Below are positions 1 through 10,450 of a stretch of 64,000 bases of DNA, one piece after another (the first letter of the stretch is position 1; every line of letters begins with the position of its first letter). A program made the translations under genes and the position numbers. The notes below the pieces were generated by a model. The model ran no database searches, was not told the DNA's origin, and worked only from the letters and a program-made list of their open reading frames with translations. This DNA is from a bacterium (GTDB lineage: Bacteria; Patescibacteriota; Patescibacteriia; UBA9934): contig JAQCKO010000004.1 in the NCBI GenBank assembly GCA_027592325.1, positions 192-64,191 of the forward strand. Reading direction: 5' to 3'.

Positions 1-213
1 GACGCAGCGCTCGACGAATCGAATACGCTCAAATTTGCCGAAATTCTTGGAAAATTACAACCACTTACACAATTCATTGTGATTACGCATAATCGCGCGA
101 CCATGGAAGCGGGAGACAAACTCTACGGCGTCACGATGGACGGAAATGGCATAAGTAATTTGCTCTCGGTGGAGCTAAAAGACTTTGAGGAGAACTTAAC
201 GGCACGGAGGTAG
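1..213 (+). CDS. smc: SMC-family chromosome segregation ATPase, C-terminal fragment (5' part outside window)
   Basis: Frame-1 translation ...LDESNTLKFAEIL...QFIVITHNRATMEAGDKLYGVTMDGNGISNL matches the conserved C-terminal D-loop/H-loop region of SMC/RecN ATPases; stop at 211-213. Confidence 0.55.
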   Translation, partial: DAALDESNTLKFAEILGKLQPLTQFIVITHNRATMEAGDKLYGVTMDGNGISNLLSVELKDFEENLTARR

Positions 214-444
214 AAAAGTTGTGATCATTCCCGAACGTCTCAGATTTTTTTAGGTATTGATGAAGAACAAGAAACGGAACGAGACGTACTCAAACGTACG
301 CTGAATGTGTATCACAGATCTGAGCCGCTAGATGAAATGATGTGAGCTGTTTATATAGAAATAGAGTATAAAGATCTCTTGCGCCCACGTATCCCCTACA
401 TACCACCTCCTCTTGTTTGGCTATAAACGAACGAATGTAGCAAA

Positions 445-1053
445 TTATTTCCGTCCTGTAAAGGTCTTATACGTCATGCGATGATGCAAACATGGACCGT
501 ACGTTGCAATCGCCTCGCGATGGGCCTTGGTGCCATAGCCTTTATGCGAATCAAAACGGTATTCAGGATGCGACGCGTGCAACTGAAGCATTATTCTATC
601 CCGCGTCACTTTTGCAAGAATGCTCGCCGCAGCTATCGACTTTACCTGCGCGTCCCCACGAATAATACCCCGTTGCTGGATAGAAATCCCAGGAATCGTC
701 CAGGCATCTACGATGGCAAAATCTACCTCTCCCGCTGCGTCAATGGCCCGGCGCATGGCAAGATAATTCGCCGGCCTCAGTCCCAATGTTTCAATTTCTT
801 CAACCGTCGCGATACCAATACCGTATGCACTGCTCCGATCAATCACCAAATCAAAAAGCTCCTCACGTTTTTTATCTGACAACTTTTTTGAATCATTTAA
901 CTCCCCTAGCCGAGAATTAAGCGGAAGCCTGCACGCCGCTGCAACAAGCGGGCCTGCAAGCGCCCCCGCCCCAGCTTCATCAACACCAACAATAAACGAA
1001 AACCCCTCATTGAGGAGCTGTCGTTCGTGGTGAAATGTAACGTTCGCTGACAA
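445..1053 (-). CDS. rnhB: ribonuclease HII
   Basis: N-terminal FIVGVDEAGAGALAGPLVAAAC motif and overall RNase HII layout. Confidence 0.85.
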   Translation of the reverse strand: MSANVTFHHERQLLNEGFSFIVGVDEAGAGALAGPLVAAACRLPLNSRLGELNDSKKLSDKKREELFDLVIDRSSAYGIGIATVEEIETLGLRPANYLAMRRAIDAAGEVDFAIVDAWTIPGISIQQRGIIRGDAQVKSIAAASILAKVTRDRIMLQLHASHPEYRFDSHKGYGTKAHREAIATYGPCLHHRMTYKTFTGRK

Positions 1054-1062
1054 ATTATGACG

Positions 1063-1758
1063 TTAGTTGATCAGTTCGATGGGCAGCCTAAGAACTTTCA
1101 CAAGCGTATCAGTTAAATGTGCAAGTCTCATATCTGCACTTGTATCTCGTGAAGCAATCCTATAGACCTGCCGAAGTACATCGGCGAATTCTTCCTCTGT
1201 AGGCGTATTGTTTTCTAAATACAGAGAAAATGCGTTATCAATAGCTCTACGCTCTGACGTAGCGTCACTAGAAATGCTTCCTAATCGCTCCATATATGAT
1301 TTAATTTGTGCTGCGTTTTTCTCTGTTTCACCGAATAGTTCACCGTATGTAATAGCCGTAATTCCTGCCCCAGCTTCCTTCGCTAGATTGATAAGCGAAT
1401 GCGGATTTTCAAATTCTTGTATCACTGGCTCACTCTCATCCGGTTCATCTGATCGAGTTTCAGGCCGAGACGCCACGCGCGTCCGACGACCAATCTTTTC
1501 TGGATCATCAATTCTCGCTGTTTCTGCACCATTTCGCTCCGCATTTGTTATCCGCTTTCTGCTTTGAGCATCCCTACCCATACCGATAGTCCTTCTTCGC
1601 TCATTCGCACGCCCCCCTGCCGCAACTTCCGATACTTCATCCGGACCATCTACATCTGGCACGATTTCAGCAGGATCAGTTTCCCCGTGAATATATGGTA
1701 GCGGCTCTCCTTTTCTTTTTGATCGAAATGATTCAAACATATAATGCCAGAATAACAA
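1063..1758 (-). CDS. hypothetical acidic protein
   Basis: 231-aa ORF co-directional with and 10 nt upstream of rnhB; no family recognised. Confidence 0.4.
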   Translation of the reverse strand: MLFWHYMFESFRSKRKGEPLPYIHGETDPAEIVPDVDGPDEVSEVAAGGRANERRRTIGMGRDAQSRKRITNAERNGAETARIDDPEKIGRRTRVASRPETRSDEPDESEPVIQEFENPHSLINLAKEAGAGITAITYGELFGETEKNAAQIKSYMERLGSISSDATSERRAIDNAFSLYLENNTPTEEEFADVLRQVYRIASRDTSADMRLAHLTDTLVKVLRLPIELIN

Positions 1759-1805
1759 ATAAACGGGTTAAAACTGAGCAACTACCCACAATGCCCTCAC
1801 AGGGG

Positions 1806-1834
1806 TTGACAAAATTTCTTCCGTTCGCTAAAGT
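1806..1834 (+). promoter_or_regulatory. sigma70-like promoter upstream of rpsP (TTGACA-17-TAAAGT)
   Basis: ttgaca at 1806-1811, 17-nt spacer, taaagt at 1829-1834, 14 nt before the rpsP start. Confidence 0.5.
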
Positions 1835-1847
1835 CCCCACAAATTAA

Positions 1848-2420
1848 TTGATAACGCAACTCATGTTGACAATCCGCCTCTCTCGGACTGGAAAAAAGCA
1901 CCATCCTCAGTATCGAATCGTCGTTCAGCAAAAGCATACCGATCCTTGGTCACCTGCTCTTGAAATCATTGGACAGTACAATCCACATACGACCCCTAGT
2001 ACGATCGAAATTAAGAAAGATCGCGCAGAACACTGGCTTTCAAAAGGCGCGCAACCATCTGAAAGCGTGCACAATATGCTTGTAAACGCCGGCATTATTA
2101 AGGCGGACAAGGCAAAGTCAGTCGCAATCTCAAAGAAGCGTGCCGGAAAGCTTGAAGGTAAGCGTGCCGAGGCAGAAGCAAAGAAGAAAGAAGCCGTAGA
2201 AAAAGCAAAGGCAGAAGCCGAAGCGAAAGCTGCGGAAGAAGCTGCCGCAAAAGAAGCCGCTGAGGCAGAAAAGAAAGCTGCTGAAGAAGCAAAGAAGGCA
2301 GATGAAGCTAAGGAAGAAGCTCCAGCTGAGGTTGCGAACGAAGAAAGCAATTCTGAGCAAGCCGAAGGTGAAGCGAAGGAACCATCTGAGGAAACTCCAG
2401 CAGAAGAAGCTGCTGAATAA
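1848..2420 (+). CDS. rpsP: 30S ribosomal protein S16 with long Lys/Ala/Glu-rich C-terminal extension
   Basis: MLTIRLSRTGKKHHPQYRIVV... is canonical S16; roughly 100 extra residues of KAEA-type low-complexity tail. Confidence 0.85.
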   Translation: MITQLMLTIRLSRTGKKHHPQYRIVVQQKHTDPWSPALEIIGQYNPHTTPSTIEIKKDRAEHWLSKGAQPSESVHNMLVNAGIIKADKAKSVAISKKRAGKLEGKRAEAEAKKKEAVEKAKAEAEAKAAEEAAAKEAAEAEKKAAEEAKKADEAKEEAPAEVANEESNSEQAEGEAKEPSEETPAEEAAE

Positions 2421-2529
2421 CCGTATTAGAATCGAGGCCTTGAGTCTCGATTTTAATAATGCTAAGCTTCAGGTATCGGTTCGCGGGAGGTCGAGCGCGA
2501 AATAGACCGATACTCAAGTAATAGATGTT

Positions 2530-2865
2530 ATGGAACAAGATCAAGCATTCGTAGAATACGTTGTGAAAGCCATTGTCAATAATCCTGACGATGTGCGTAC
2601 CGAACGTACCATCGATGAACGCGGAGTCCTAATCACCCTTCACATCAATCCCGAAGACATGGGATATGTGATCGGAAGACAGGGAGAAACCGCGCGATCA
2701 ATACGTAAACTTCTCAAAACCGTTGGAGCAAAAGAAAATGCCCGCGTGAATTTGAAGATTTACGAACCAGAAGGATCACGCCGCGAGCGCCCTCAACGAG
2801 AAAATCGTCGTGAGGACATGCACGATGACGTTGACACCTCGGTGGTAGATGACCTCGCAATCTAG
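2530..2865 (+). CDS. KH-domain RNA-binding protein (YlqC/UPF0109-like)
   Basis: VIGRQGETARSIRKLLK GXXG KH motif; position after rpsP as in the rpsP-ylqC-rimM-trmD operon. Confidence 0.7.
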   Translation: MEQDQAFVEYVVKAIVNNPDDVRTERTIDERGVLITLHINPEDMGYVIGRQGETARSIRKLLKTVGAKENARVNLKIYEPEGSRRERPQRENRREDMHDDVDTSVVDDLAI

Positions 2866-2873
2866 CGAAAAAA

Positions 2874-2900
2874 AACAGCCCTCAAGGGCTGTTTTTTGTT
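2874..2900 (+). terminator. rho-independent terminator after the KH-domain gene
   Basis: acagccc-tcaa-gggctg hairpin followed by tttttt. Confidence 0.7.
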
Positions 2901-3154
2901 TAAACATATTTGATTTAACGAACGCCAATTTTCTGTGTTCGATTACACGTCGTTAGTGGCTAGAAATTTTTTGATCACAACGTTCCTGGATATGCGATGT
3001 TGCGACCGTAGGGAGCAATATGGGTGAGGTCTCTCGGAAGAGACCGAACCGCATAGCCAGTGTTATATGAAGTAATAATACATTCTTACTCCGACCAAAG
3101 GAAGGAGTTTTTGGAAATCAGGGCAATTTTTCTTTGCTATTTATCATCTAGCTA

Positions 3155-3214
3155 TTGACTAATTCTTAGGAAGTGCTATATTGTCACGTCGACAACTTTC
3201 ACCCTGTCGACGTG
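3155..3214 (+). promoter_or_regulatory. sigma70-like promoter (TTGACT-16-TATATT) with a 10-bp-arm inverted repeat overlapping the start site
   Basis: ttgact 3155-3160, tatatt 3177-3182; CACGTCGACA (3185-3194) -n10- TGTCGACGTG (3205-3214) perfect inverted repeat, operator-like. Confidence 0.45.
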
Positions 3215-3222
3215 AGGCGTTC

Positions 3223-3597
3223 ATGACCAGGGATCGCATCAAAATCCCCAATAAGCTTACGATCACTGATCTGGAGAGGCCTGCGTGTGACCTGATCAGC
3301 TGGCCATGGGTAATCTTCGGACCAATCCTACGCACAGGGCAACTGCCGACCGCTACCCAGCTCGAATCTCTGGATCAGATTATTCGACTGCGTGTCGTGC
3401 ACGTGCTGACAACGTGCGCGCAGGACCTGGACAAGCTCCGCGAAGAAGAAGGTGGTCTGCGTCGATTCGTACCGCACAACAAACGTGCGGAGCTCGACAC
3501 GATTGGAAGTCAGCCGTGGGCTGCTCGCTGGAACGGGTACGCCGACCTCATCTCTGCAGCAATCTCCTTCGAAATGGCCAGACGTCGTCGTCCTTGA
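3223..3597 (+). CDS. hypothetical protein encoded in a GC-rich islet
   Basis: ATG at 3223 preceded by gtgagg RBS-like sequence; ORF-track ORF 3181..3597 uses an upstream TTG; about 60% GC versus about 47% background. Confidence 0.35.
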   Translation: MTRDRIKIPNKLTITDLERPACDLISWPWVIFGPILRTGQLPTATQLESLDQIIRLRVVHVLTTCAQDLDKLREEEGGLRRFVPHNKRAELDTIGSQPWAARWNGYADLISAAISFEMARRRRP

Positions 3598-3838
3598 TGG
3601 CTGTCACTGCGTCACCGCATCCCAGAGAAGCCGCCCTCGGGCACTTCACTCTCGGGGTGCGGTCTTCTTTTTGTAAACAGCGAAGAAAAAGTGCCCTGAC
3701 TTCCAACCGCCACGTCAGTGGCGGAAAGAATGTATTATTATTTCATATAACGGCGCAAGATTATATTGCTACGCTTTACATACAAACTCTCCCCTTCTTC
3801 ATTGAAGCGAAGAGATTTTTTTATTCGTAACGTTCACT

Positions 3839-4664
3839 ATGGAGGAAAAAATGATTCTTGCAGCAATTGCGTCTACCGAAGAAGTGTTGCAACTTAAAAA
3901 CTACTCACAAGCAACAAAAAAAGCCTATCTTAGCTGTATTCGAACATTTCTTGAATGTAGTCAAAATGACGCCCTACTGCATCAAGCGCAAATTACTTCG
4001 TTCATCTTGCAAAAACGACGTGAAGGATTGTCCGGCTCAACGACAAATTTATATCTTCAATCGATTAAGTTCTATCCGCGCCATGTTCTTAGAATGCCGA
4101 CCGAGTTTCAAATCCCCCTCGCAAAACGTCCTAAGCGCCTTCCTGTAATACTAACAAGGGACGATATTCTTCGTATTCTTGAGTCCATTTCAAATGTAAA
4201 ACATAAGACTATGATTGCACTTGCATATGGAGCTGGACTACGGGTCAGCGAAGTTGTCGCAATACGCATTCGTGACCTTGATATTGCATCAAAAATGATC
4301 CTTGTTCCCGCAGGTAAAGGCCAAAAAGACCGCATGAGCGTTCTGCCTGTCTCCCTCATAGATGATCTTGAAAATCTTTCTTCTTTCAAACCACCGAATG
4401 GTTTTCTCTTTGAAAGTGAGCGTGGAGGGAAGCTCAGCACTCGAACAGCACAAATCATTTTTTTCAAAGGCGTGCAAAAAGGCCGGTATTAGAAAACCGG
4501 CAACATTTCATTCCCTTCGGCACAGCTTCGCAACACATGTACTTGAAAACGGAACCGATGTACGATACGTCCAGGCGCTTCTTGGACACAACAATATCCG
4601 TACCACACAAATATATACTCACGTCACAAATCCCGCCCTTAAAAATATTCAGAGCCCGTTATGA
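3839..4664 (+). pseudogene. tyrosine recombinase (XerC/XerD family) interrupted by a +1/-1 frameshift in a T7 run
   Basis: ORF 3839..4492 gives the N-terminal core-binding and early catalytic part (LAYGAGLRVSEV); ORF 4362..4664 gives [10 protein letters not shown]...[16 protein letters not shown]; reading across the T run at 4458-4464 restores ...[20 protein letters not shown]...; stop overlaps the trmD ATG (ATGA at 4661-4664). Confidence 0.6.
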
Positions 4665-5347
4665 TCCACTTTGACATTCTCACCATTTTTCCCAAAACGA
4701 TCGAAGCCTATACCGAGGCATCTATTTTAGGCCGCGCGCAGCGGAGCAATCTTATTGATATAACGTCCCATGATTTACGCGAATATTCCACCGATAAGCA
4801 TGGAAAGGTCGATGACACTCCCTATGGGGGTGGCGCCGGTATGGTCATGACCGTTCAGCCTTTCGATGCCGCGATAAAAAAAGTCCGAAAGAAACGAAAA
4901 AAGACGCGCGTCATTATGACAGCAGCGAGCGGCACGCCATTTACACAAAAAGATGCCAAACGCCTAGCAACATTCGATCAGCTTATTTTTCTCTGCGGGC
5001 GCTATGAAGGTATTGATACCCGCGTTGAAGAGCATCTTGCTGACGAAGTGTATTCGATAGGCCCGTATGTGCTGACCGGAGGTGAACTCCCGGCCATGGT
5101 GATGACCGATGCCATCGCGCGGATGGTTCCGGGCGTTCTTGGGAATGAAGCCTCAGGAAACGATGAGTCACATAGTAAAGACGGCTATTTAGAATATGCT
5201 CAATATACAAAGCCGCAAGTTTATACATTTAGAAAGGGTCTCAAGCGGACATCAGCCGAAGTCCCAGAAGTACTTATGTCAGGAAATCACAAAGAGATTC
5301 AGCGATGGCGTGAAATAGAGGCAAAGAAGCGGTCTAATAGCGTCTAA
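4661..5347 (+). CDS. trmD: tRNA (guanine37-N1)-methyltransferase
   Basis: [11 protein letters not shown]... and SPOUT/TrmD core motifs. Confidence 0.9.
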   Translation: MIHFDILTIFPKTIEAYTEASILGRAQRSNLIDITSHDLREYSTDKHGKVDDTPYGGGAGMVMTVQPFDAAIKKVRKKRKKTRVIMTAASGTPFTQKDAKRLATFDQLIFLCGRYEGIDTRVEEHLADEVYSIGPYVLTGGELPAMVMTDAIARMVPGVLGNEASGNDESHSKDGYLEYAQYTKPQVYTFRKGLKRTSAEVPEVLMSGNHKEIQRWREIEAKKRSNSV

Positions 5348-5381
5348 CATAGCTAATTTATTAGCTATTCGCCCAAATACC

Positions 5382-5409
5382 TTGACAAAAGTCGATTTTG
5401 TGATACATT
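5382..5409 (+). promoter_or_regulatory. sigma70-like promoter (TTGACA-16-TACATT) reading into the GC-rich ORF
   Basis: ttgaca 5382-5387, tacatt 5404-5409. Confidence 0.4.
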
Positions 5410-5474
5410 CTCATACTGATTGCCGGAAGCGCAGAGTATCTATTTGGTACTGAACGCTCCCGACAATCCCGTCG

Positions 5475-5939
5475 GTGCACGTGCCTGGAGGCACCATGTT
5501 CGTTCTCGTCCTGCTCGCCCTCGCCGCCACCGCCGCCCCAATTACCAGCACCACGGATACGGAGTTCGCAATCTGCCGAACCGAGACGCACATGCCTGTC
5601 GACATCGACGGGTGCGAGCTTGGTGAGCCGAATAATCGCGATCCGAGAACACCCGCCTGCCTGGACTGGGTGGTGACGTGGCACGTCATGGAGCAGACGG
5701 CTCCAAACGACACGTTGGCCGCGGCGATCGCGGCCAATCCTTGGCAGATGGCAGCAGTCATGCCGTGGTGGAATTCCATCACGCGACAGTGGCGTGCACA
5801 TCTCACGCTCGGCGAGGTGACGATCAACATACCCGTCTACCCCGGCGTCACATGCATCGCCGAGGTCGGCCATCTTCGAGTCGCCGTCCACTCACGGGAT
5901 CTCTGGTCGCAGCACGAAGCCTGGAGACCGCGCCATTAG
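5475..5939 (+). CDS. hypothetical small secreted protein encoded in a 62-65% GC islet
   Basis: N-terminus MFVLVLLALAATAAP resembles a signal peptide (alternative start about 5496); GC far above background; promoter upstream. Confidence 0.3.
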   Translation: MHVPGGTMFVLVLLALAATAAPITSTTDTEFAICRTETHMPVDIDGCELGEPNNRDPRTPACLDWVVTWHVMEQTAPNDTLAAAIAANPWQMAAVMPWWNSITRQWRAHLTLGEVTINIPVYPGVTCIAEVGHLRVAVHSRDLWSQHEAWRPRH

Positions 5940-6076
5940 TGATACAAGTCACTCTACGTCCGCGTCTCTCCTGAGACTGCGGGCGTTCTACTTTTTACAA
6001 ATCTTCATAATCTACCTATCAAATCTAGCACTTTTCCCTGTCCACACCCTCCCCTTGCAAAATCCCCCCGAACCCC

Positions 6077-6105
6077 TTGACAGAAAAAATCCTATGGTTT
6101 AAAAT
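6077..6105 (+). promoter_or_regulatory. 16S rRNA promoter (TTGACA-17-TAAAAT)
   Basis: ttgaca 6077-6082, 17-nt spacer, taaaat 6100-6105, about 190 nt upstream of the 16S 5' end. Confidence 0.6.
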
Positions 6106-6297
6106 TGCCCTCGTCAGTGAATGAATGACTGGCAGCGAACATTCACAATTTATTTCGACAAAACAATTATTCACAATTGTGTGATTACAACGTCTATAAA
6201 AAAGTCCCCGCTTAGCTCGCTTGCGAGCAACGTGGGGCAAACAATAGATCAATAAACAACATTGATCCTGAGCAGAGGTCTAACATTCGTTAGATAC

Positions 6298-7797
<1,500 letters not shown>

Positions 7798-7909
7798 AGG
7801 GAAAGACCGGAGCGATATGCTCCAAAAGGTTGATTACTTGTTCTCGTAAGAGATGAGTAAAGACGTTGTAATCACAGAGTTGTGAAATTGGACGAAATAA
7901 ATGACAGAA

Positions 7910-7931
7910 AACGCCGAAAGGCGCTTTTTTG
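7910..7931 (+). terminator. weak hairpin plus T-run about 110 nt after the 16S 3' end
   Basis: acgcc-gaaa-ggcgc followed by tttttt. Confidence 0.35.
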
Positions 7932-8454
7932 TTTGCAAGAACTGGCGGACATCGCGGGATGCGTTTTGGTGTCCTCGGTGCTTTGCACGTATTGATGCCG
8001 CTTCGGTGCGGCGTCACACGACCAATGACAGGCTTACAGATACTGAATATGATGTTGCCATTCTGTGTGAGCATGGCATCACCCATTGGATCGACATCGT
8101 TCGCCTAAGGTAAGCGACCGTAAGTAGACGGTCTGTAACCGTAGTGGACAAAATACAAATCAAATGCTAGATGTCTCATACTCGAGACTCTTTGCGTTGC
8201 AGCACATCTTCCGCTGCATGCTGGCCTCTCGCGGGATCGATGAAGGCGAAATGAGTCCCTGGGACTTCCCCTTTCACCTTCTCGAGTAGCGCCAACGCAT
8301 CGGCCTCTCGTAGACCCGCCCTCACCCGGCGGGTTTTCTCACTTGTGGATGACTGGATGTGTGAAAACCCAGGAGCTATTCGCGAGTATATTTGCAGACG
8401 CATGGATTATAAAAAAGAGACCTTTTGCCTCTTTTTTATTTCCGGCTCATTTCC

Positions 8455-8531
8455 TGGTCGGGGATGCGAGACTCGAACTCACGACCTCTTGGTCCCAAAC
8501 CAAGCGCTCTAGCCTACTGAGCTAATCCCCG
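8455..8531 (-). tRNA. tRNA-Pro (TGG), CCA encoded
   Basis: Reverse complement folds as a cloverleaf with acceptor CGGGGAT/ATCCCCG, anticodon loop tTTGGGa and T-arm GGTTCGAGTCT. Confidence 0.85.
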
Positions 8532-8617
8532 CCCAAGAAATACTCCGGTTTTGTGGCGGCATTGTAGCGTAAATAGAACGTTTTGACAAGGGCAGAACTC
8601 TCCCCTACCATGCCGGA

Positions 8618-9265
8618 ATGGCAAGAACGAAACTTCGAAAGTTCAACGAGAACAAACAAAACCCTCTTATTTTAGAAGGGAATGATTTTCCTGATGGCAT
8701 CGATTGGCTACACGCATTCGGCAATGAATACCCGGTCACCCTTGAAATTGGTTGTGGGCGTGGTGATTATTCCATCGCCCTTGCAAAACGTTTCCCTCAG
8801 AGGAATTTTATTGGTGTCGATATTAAAGGTGATCGCTTATGGTATGGGGCAAATTTCGCTCAGACGGAAACCCTGCAGAATTGCCTCTTTCTGCGCACGC
8901 GTATAGAGCAAATCGATCGATTCTTCGCACCGGCCACTATCAACGAAATATGGATTACCTTCCCAGGACCGCGACCAAAGAAAACGCAGGCCAATCGCCG
9001 GCTGACAAATCATAAATTTCTTGACCTCTATAAATCGATTCTGAGAGAAGGAGGCACCATCCACCTTAAAACGGACAGTGATTTTGCTTATACGTATACG
9101 CTCGGAATCCTTGAAGAACGAGATGATATGTTGATTGTAAGTGCGACAGATGACATTTACGGATATGCATCTGATGTTCTTCTCACAGACATTCAAACGC
9201 ACTTTGAAATGCGTTTTTTAAAGGATAATATGACAATTAAGCATATTGCCTTTCAATTTGTTTAG
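8618..9265 (+). CDS. trmB: tRNA (guanine46-N7)-methyltransferase
   Basis: LEIGCGRGDYSIALAKRFPQRNFIGVDIKGDRL SAM-binding motif typical of TrmB. Confidence 0.85.
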   Translation: MARTKLRKFNENKQNPLILEGNDFPDGIDWLHAFGNEYPVTLEIGCGRGDYSIALAKRFPQRNFIGVDIKGDRLWYGANFAQTETLQNCLFLRTRIEQIDRFFAPATINEIWITFPGPRPKKTQANRRLTNHKFLDLYKSILREGGTIHLKTDSDFAYTYTLGILEERDDMLIVSATDDIYGYASDVLLTDIQTHFEMRFLKDNMTIKHIAFQFV

Positions 9266-9317
9266 GCAGTATAGGGTTGACGATTTGATATTTTTACCGT
9301 ACAATCTTGCCACATAC

Positions 9318-9392
9318 GCCGAGGTAGCTCAGTGGTAGAGCAGAGGTCTGAAGAACCTCGTGTCGACAGTTCGATTCTGTCTCTCGGCACCA
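9318..9392 (+). tRNA. tRNA-Phe (GAA), CCA encoded
   Basis: GCCGAGGTAGCTCAGTGGTAGAGC ... anticodon loop cTGAAGa ... TTCGATTC ... CCTCGGCACCA. Confidence 0.9.
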
Positions 9393-9540
9393 TTCGACTC
9401 CGCTTGTTTTCAAGCCTCGCTCATGGTCTTCGATCACGGGGTAATGAGACGAGTCGAATGTCCTGAATATCATGCAGGACAATTCAAAAATTGAGGCAGA
9501 TTTTCCAGGTTGGAGATGAATACGAACAAGTTTGAGCTAA

Positions 9541-9603
9541 GATTTTTGTTTCTGTACAAGGAAGATTCTGAGCAACGAGGAGCCATATATTGACAATCAA
9601 CAT
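9541..9603 (+). repeat. tRNA-leader repeat module, copy 1 (no tRNA directly downstream)
   Basis: gatttttgtttctgtacaaggaagattctgagcaacgaggagccatatattgaca is similar to the modules at 9661-9775 and 10451-10620. Confidence 0.5.
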
Positions 9604-9660
9604 ACCTACATGTACACATGTTCTAGATTGGTACAGATGCATGGCGACAAGGTATTGAAT

Positions 9661-9775
9661 GGAAATTTTTGGTCTCCTGCGAGGCGAATTCTGAGTATCG
9701 AGGAGCCGTATTCAGATATACGGTGACGACGAACAGAAGAATTCAACAAAGCAGGAGGGCAAAAAGACCATTCAA
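9661..9775 (+). repeat. tRNA-leader repeat module, copy 2 (abuts tRNA-Ile)
   Basis: ggaaatttttggtctcctgcgaggcgaattctgagtatcgaggagccgtattcagata...caaaaagacc shares the GATTTTTGG...TCTGAG..CGAGGAGCC.TAT...AAAAAGAC backbone. Confidence 0.5.
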
Positions 9776-9852
9776 GGGTGTGTAGCTCAGGTGGTTAGAG
9801 CGCAGTCCTGATAAGACTGAGGTCCCAAGTTCGAGTCTTGGCACACCCACCA
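9776..9852 (+). tRNA. tRNA-Ile (GAT), CCA encoded
   Basis: GGGTGTGTAGCTCAGGTGGTTAGAGC ... anticodon loop cTGATAa ... GGTCCCAAGTTCGAGTCTTGG ... CACACCCACCA. Confidence 0.9.
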
Positions 9853-9987
9853 CTCAAAATGCCGTCACAATTGTGACGGCATTTTGAGTGTCCTGAGCGA
9901 GGCGAAGACGAGTTGAAGGGCTCAAGCCATTTGTTTGCGATACACCCCGAATCTGATAAAATAGTGTCATTATAACTGAACAATCCT

Positions 9988-10257
9988 ATGGATGAAAAAC
10001 AGCCAGAAATAGAGAAAAAGCCGGCAGAAATGCCAAAGAAGCAAAAAGATAATCCAAAGCAACTTGGTCAGACATCGGTTGTCCTTGCGATAATTTCACT
10101 CATTATTCTTCCGTACGCCTTTGCCGCAGCTGCAATCGGACTCGGACTGTACGGCTTCACAAAAGCCGGAGATGACGGGAAAGCAAAAGGGCTTTGCATC
10201 GCAGGTGTGGTCATTGCGATTGCAAGCTTAGTTCTAAAGGCAATGATTTCCGCATAA
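9988..10257 (+). CDS. small membrane protein (two predicted TM helices)
   Basis: 89-aa ORF with a Lys/Glu-rich N-terminus and two hydrophobic segments; terminator-like hairpin at 10272-10320. Confidence 0.4.
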   Translation: MDEKQPEIEKKPAEMPKKQKDNPKQLGQTSVVLAIISLIILPYAFAAAAIGLGLYGFTKAGDDGKAKGLCIAGVVIAIASLVLKAMISA

Positions 10258-10450
10258 GGACTTCAAACAAAGAATCGCCCCGTGGCCACAGGTAAAAAGC
10301 CTGCCGAGGGACGATTTTTTGTCTCCTAGGGGCTTGCATGATTTTTTAAGATTTGCTACAATTCTGCCACGAAATTGGGTTAGCTAGTAGCTTGTAGCAA
10401 GTAGGTAGTAGCCGAATTTGATCGAACAATTCACAGCGTCATTTACGTTA

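Noticed and set aside
1925-2350. 141-aa minus-strand ORF antisense to the rpsP tail
   Set aside because: Poly-Ala/Ser mirror of the Lys/Ala/Glu-rich S16 tail repeats. Artefact.
5361-5891. 176-aa minus-strand ORF in the GC-rich islet
   Set aside because: High-GC DNA yields long ORFs in all frames. The plus-strand frame has a promoter and a signal-peptide-like N-terminus and is preferred, though neither is certain.
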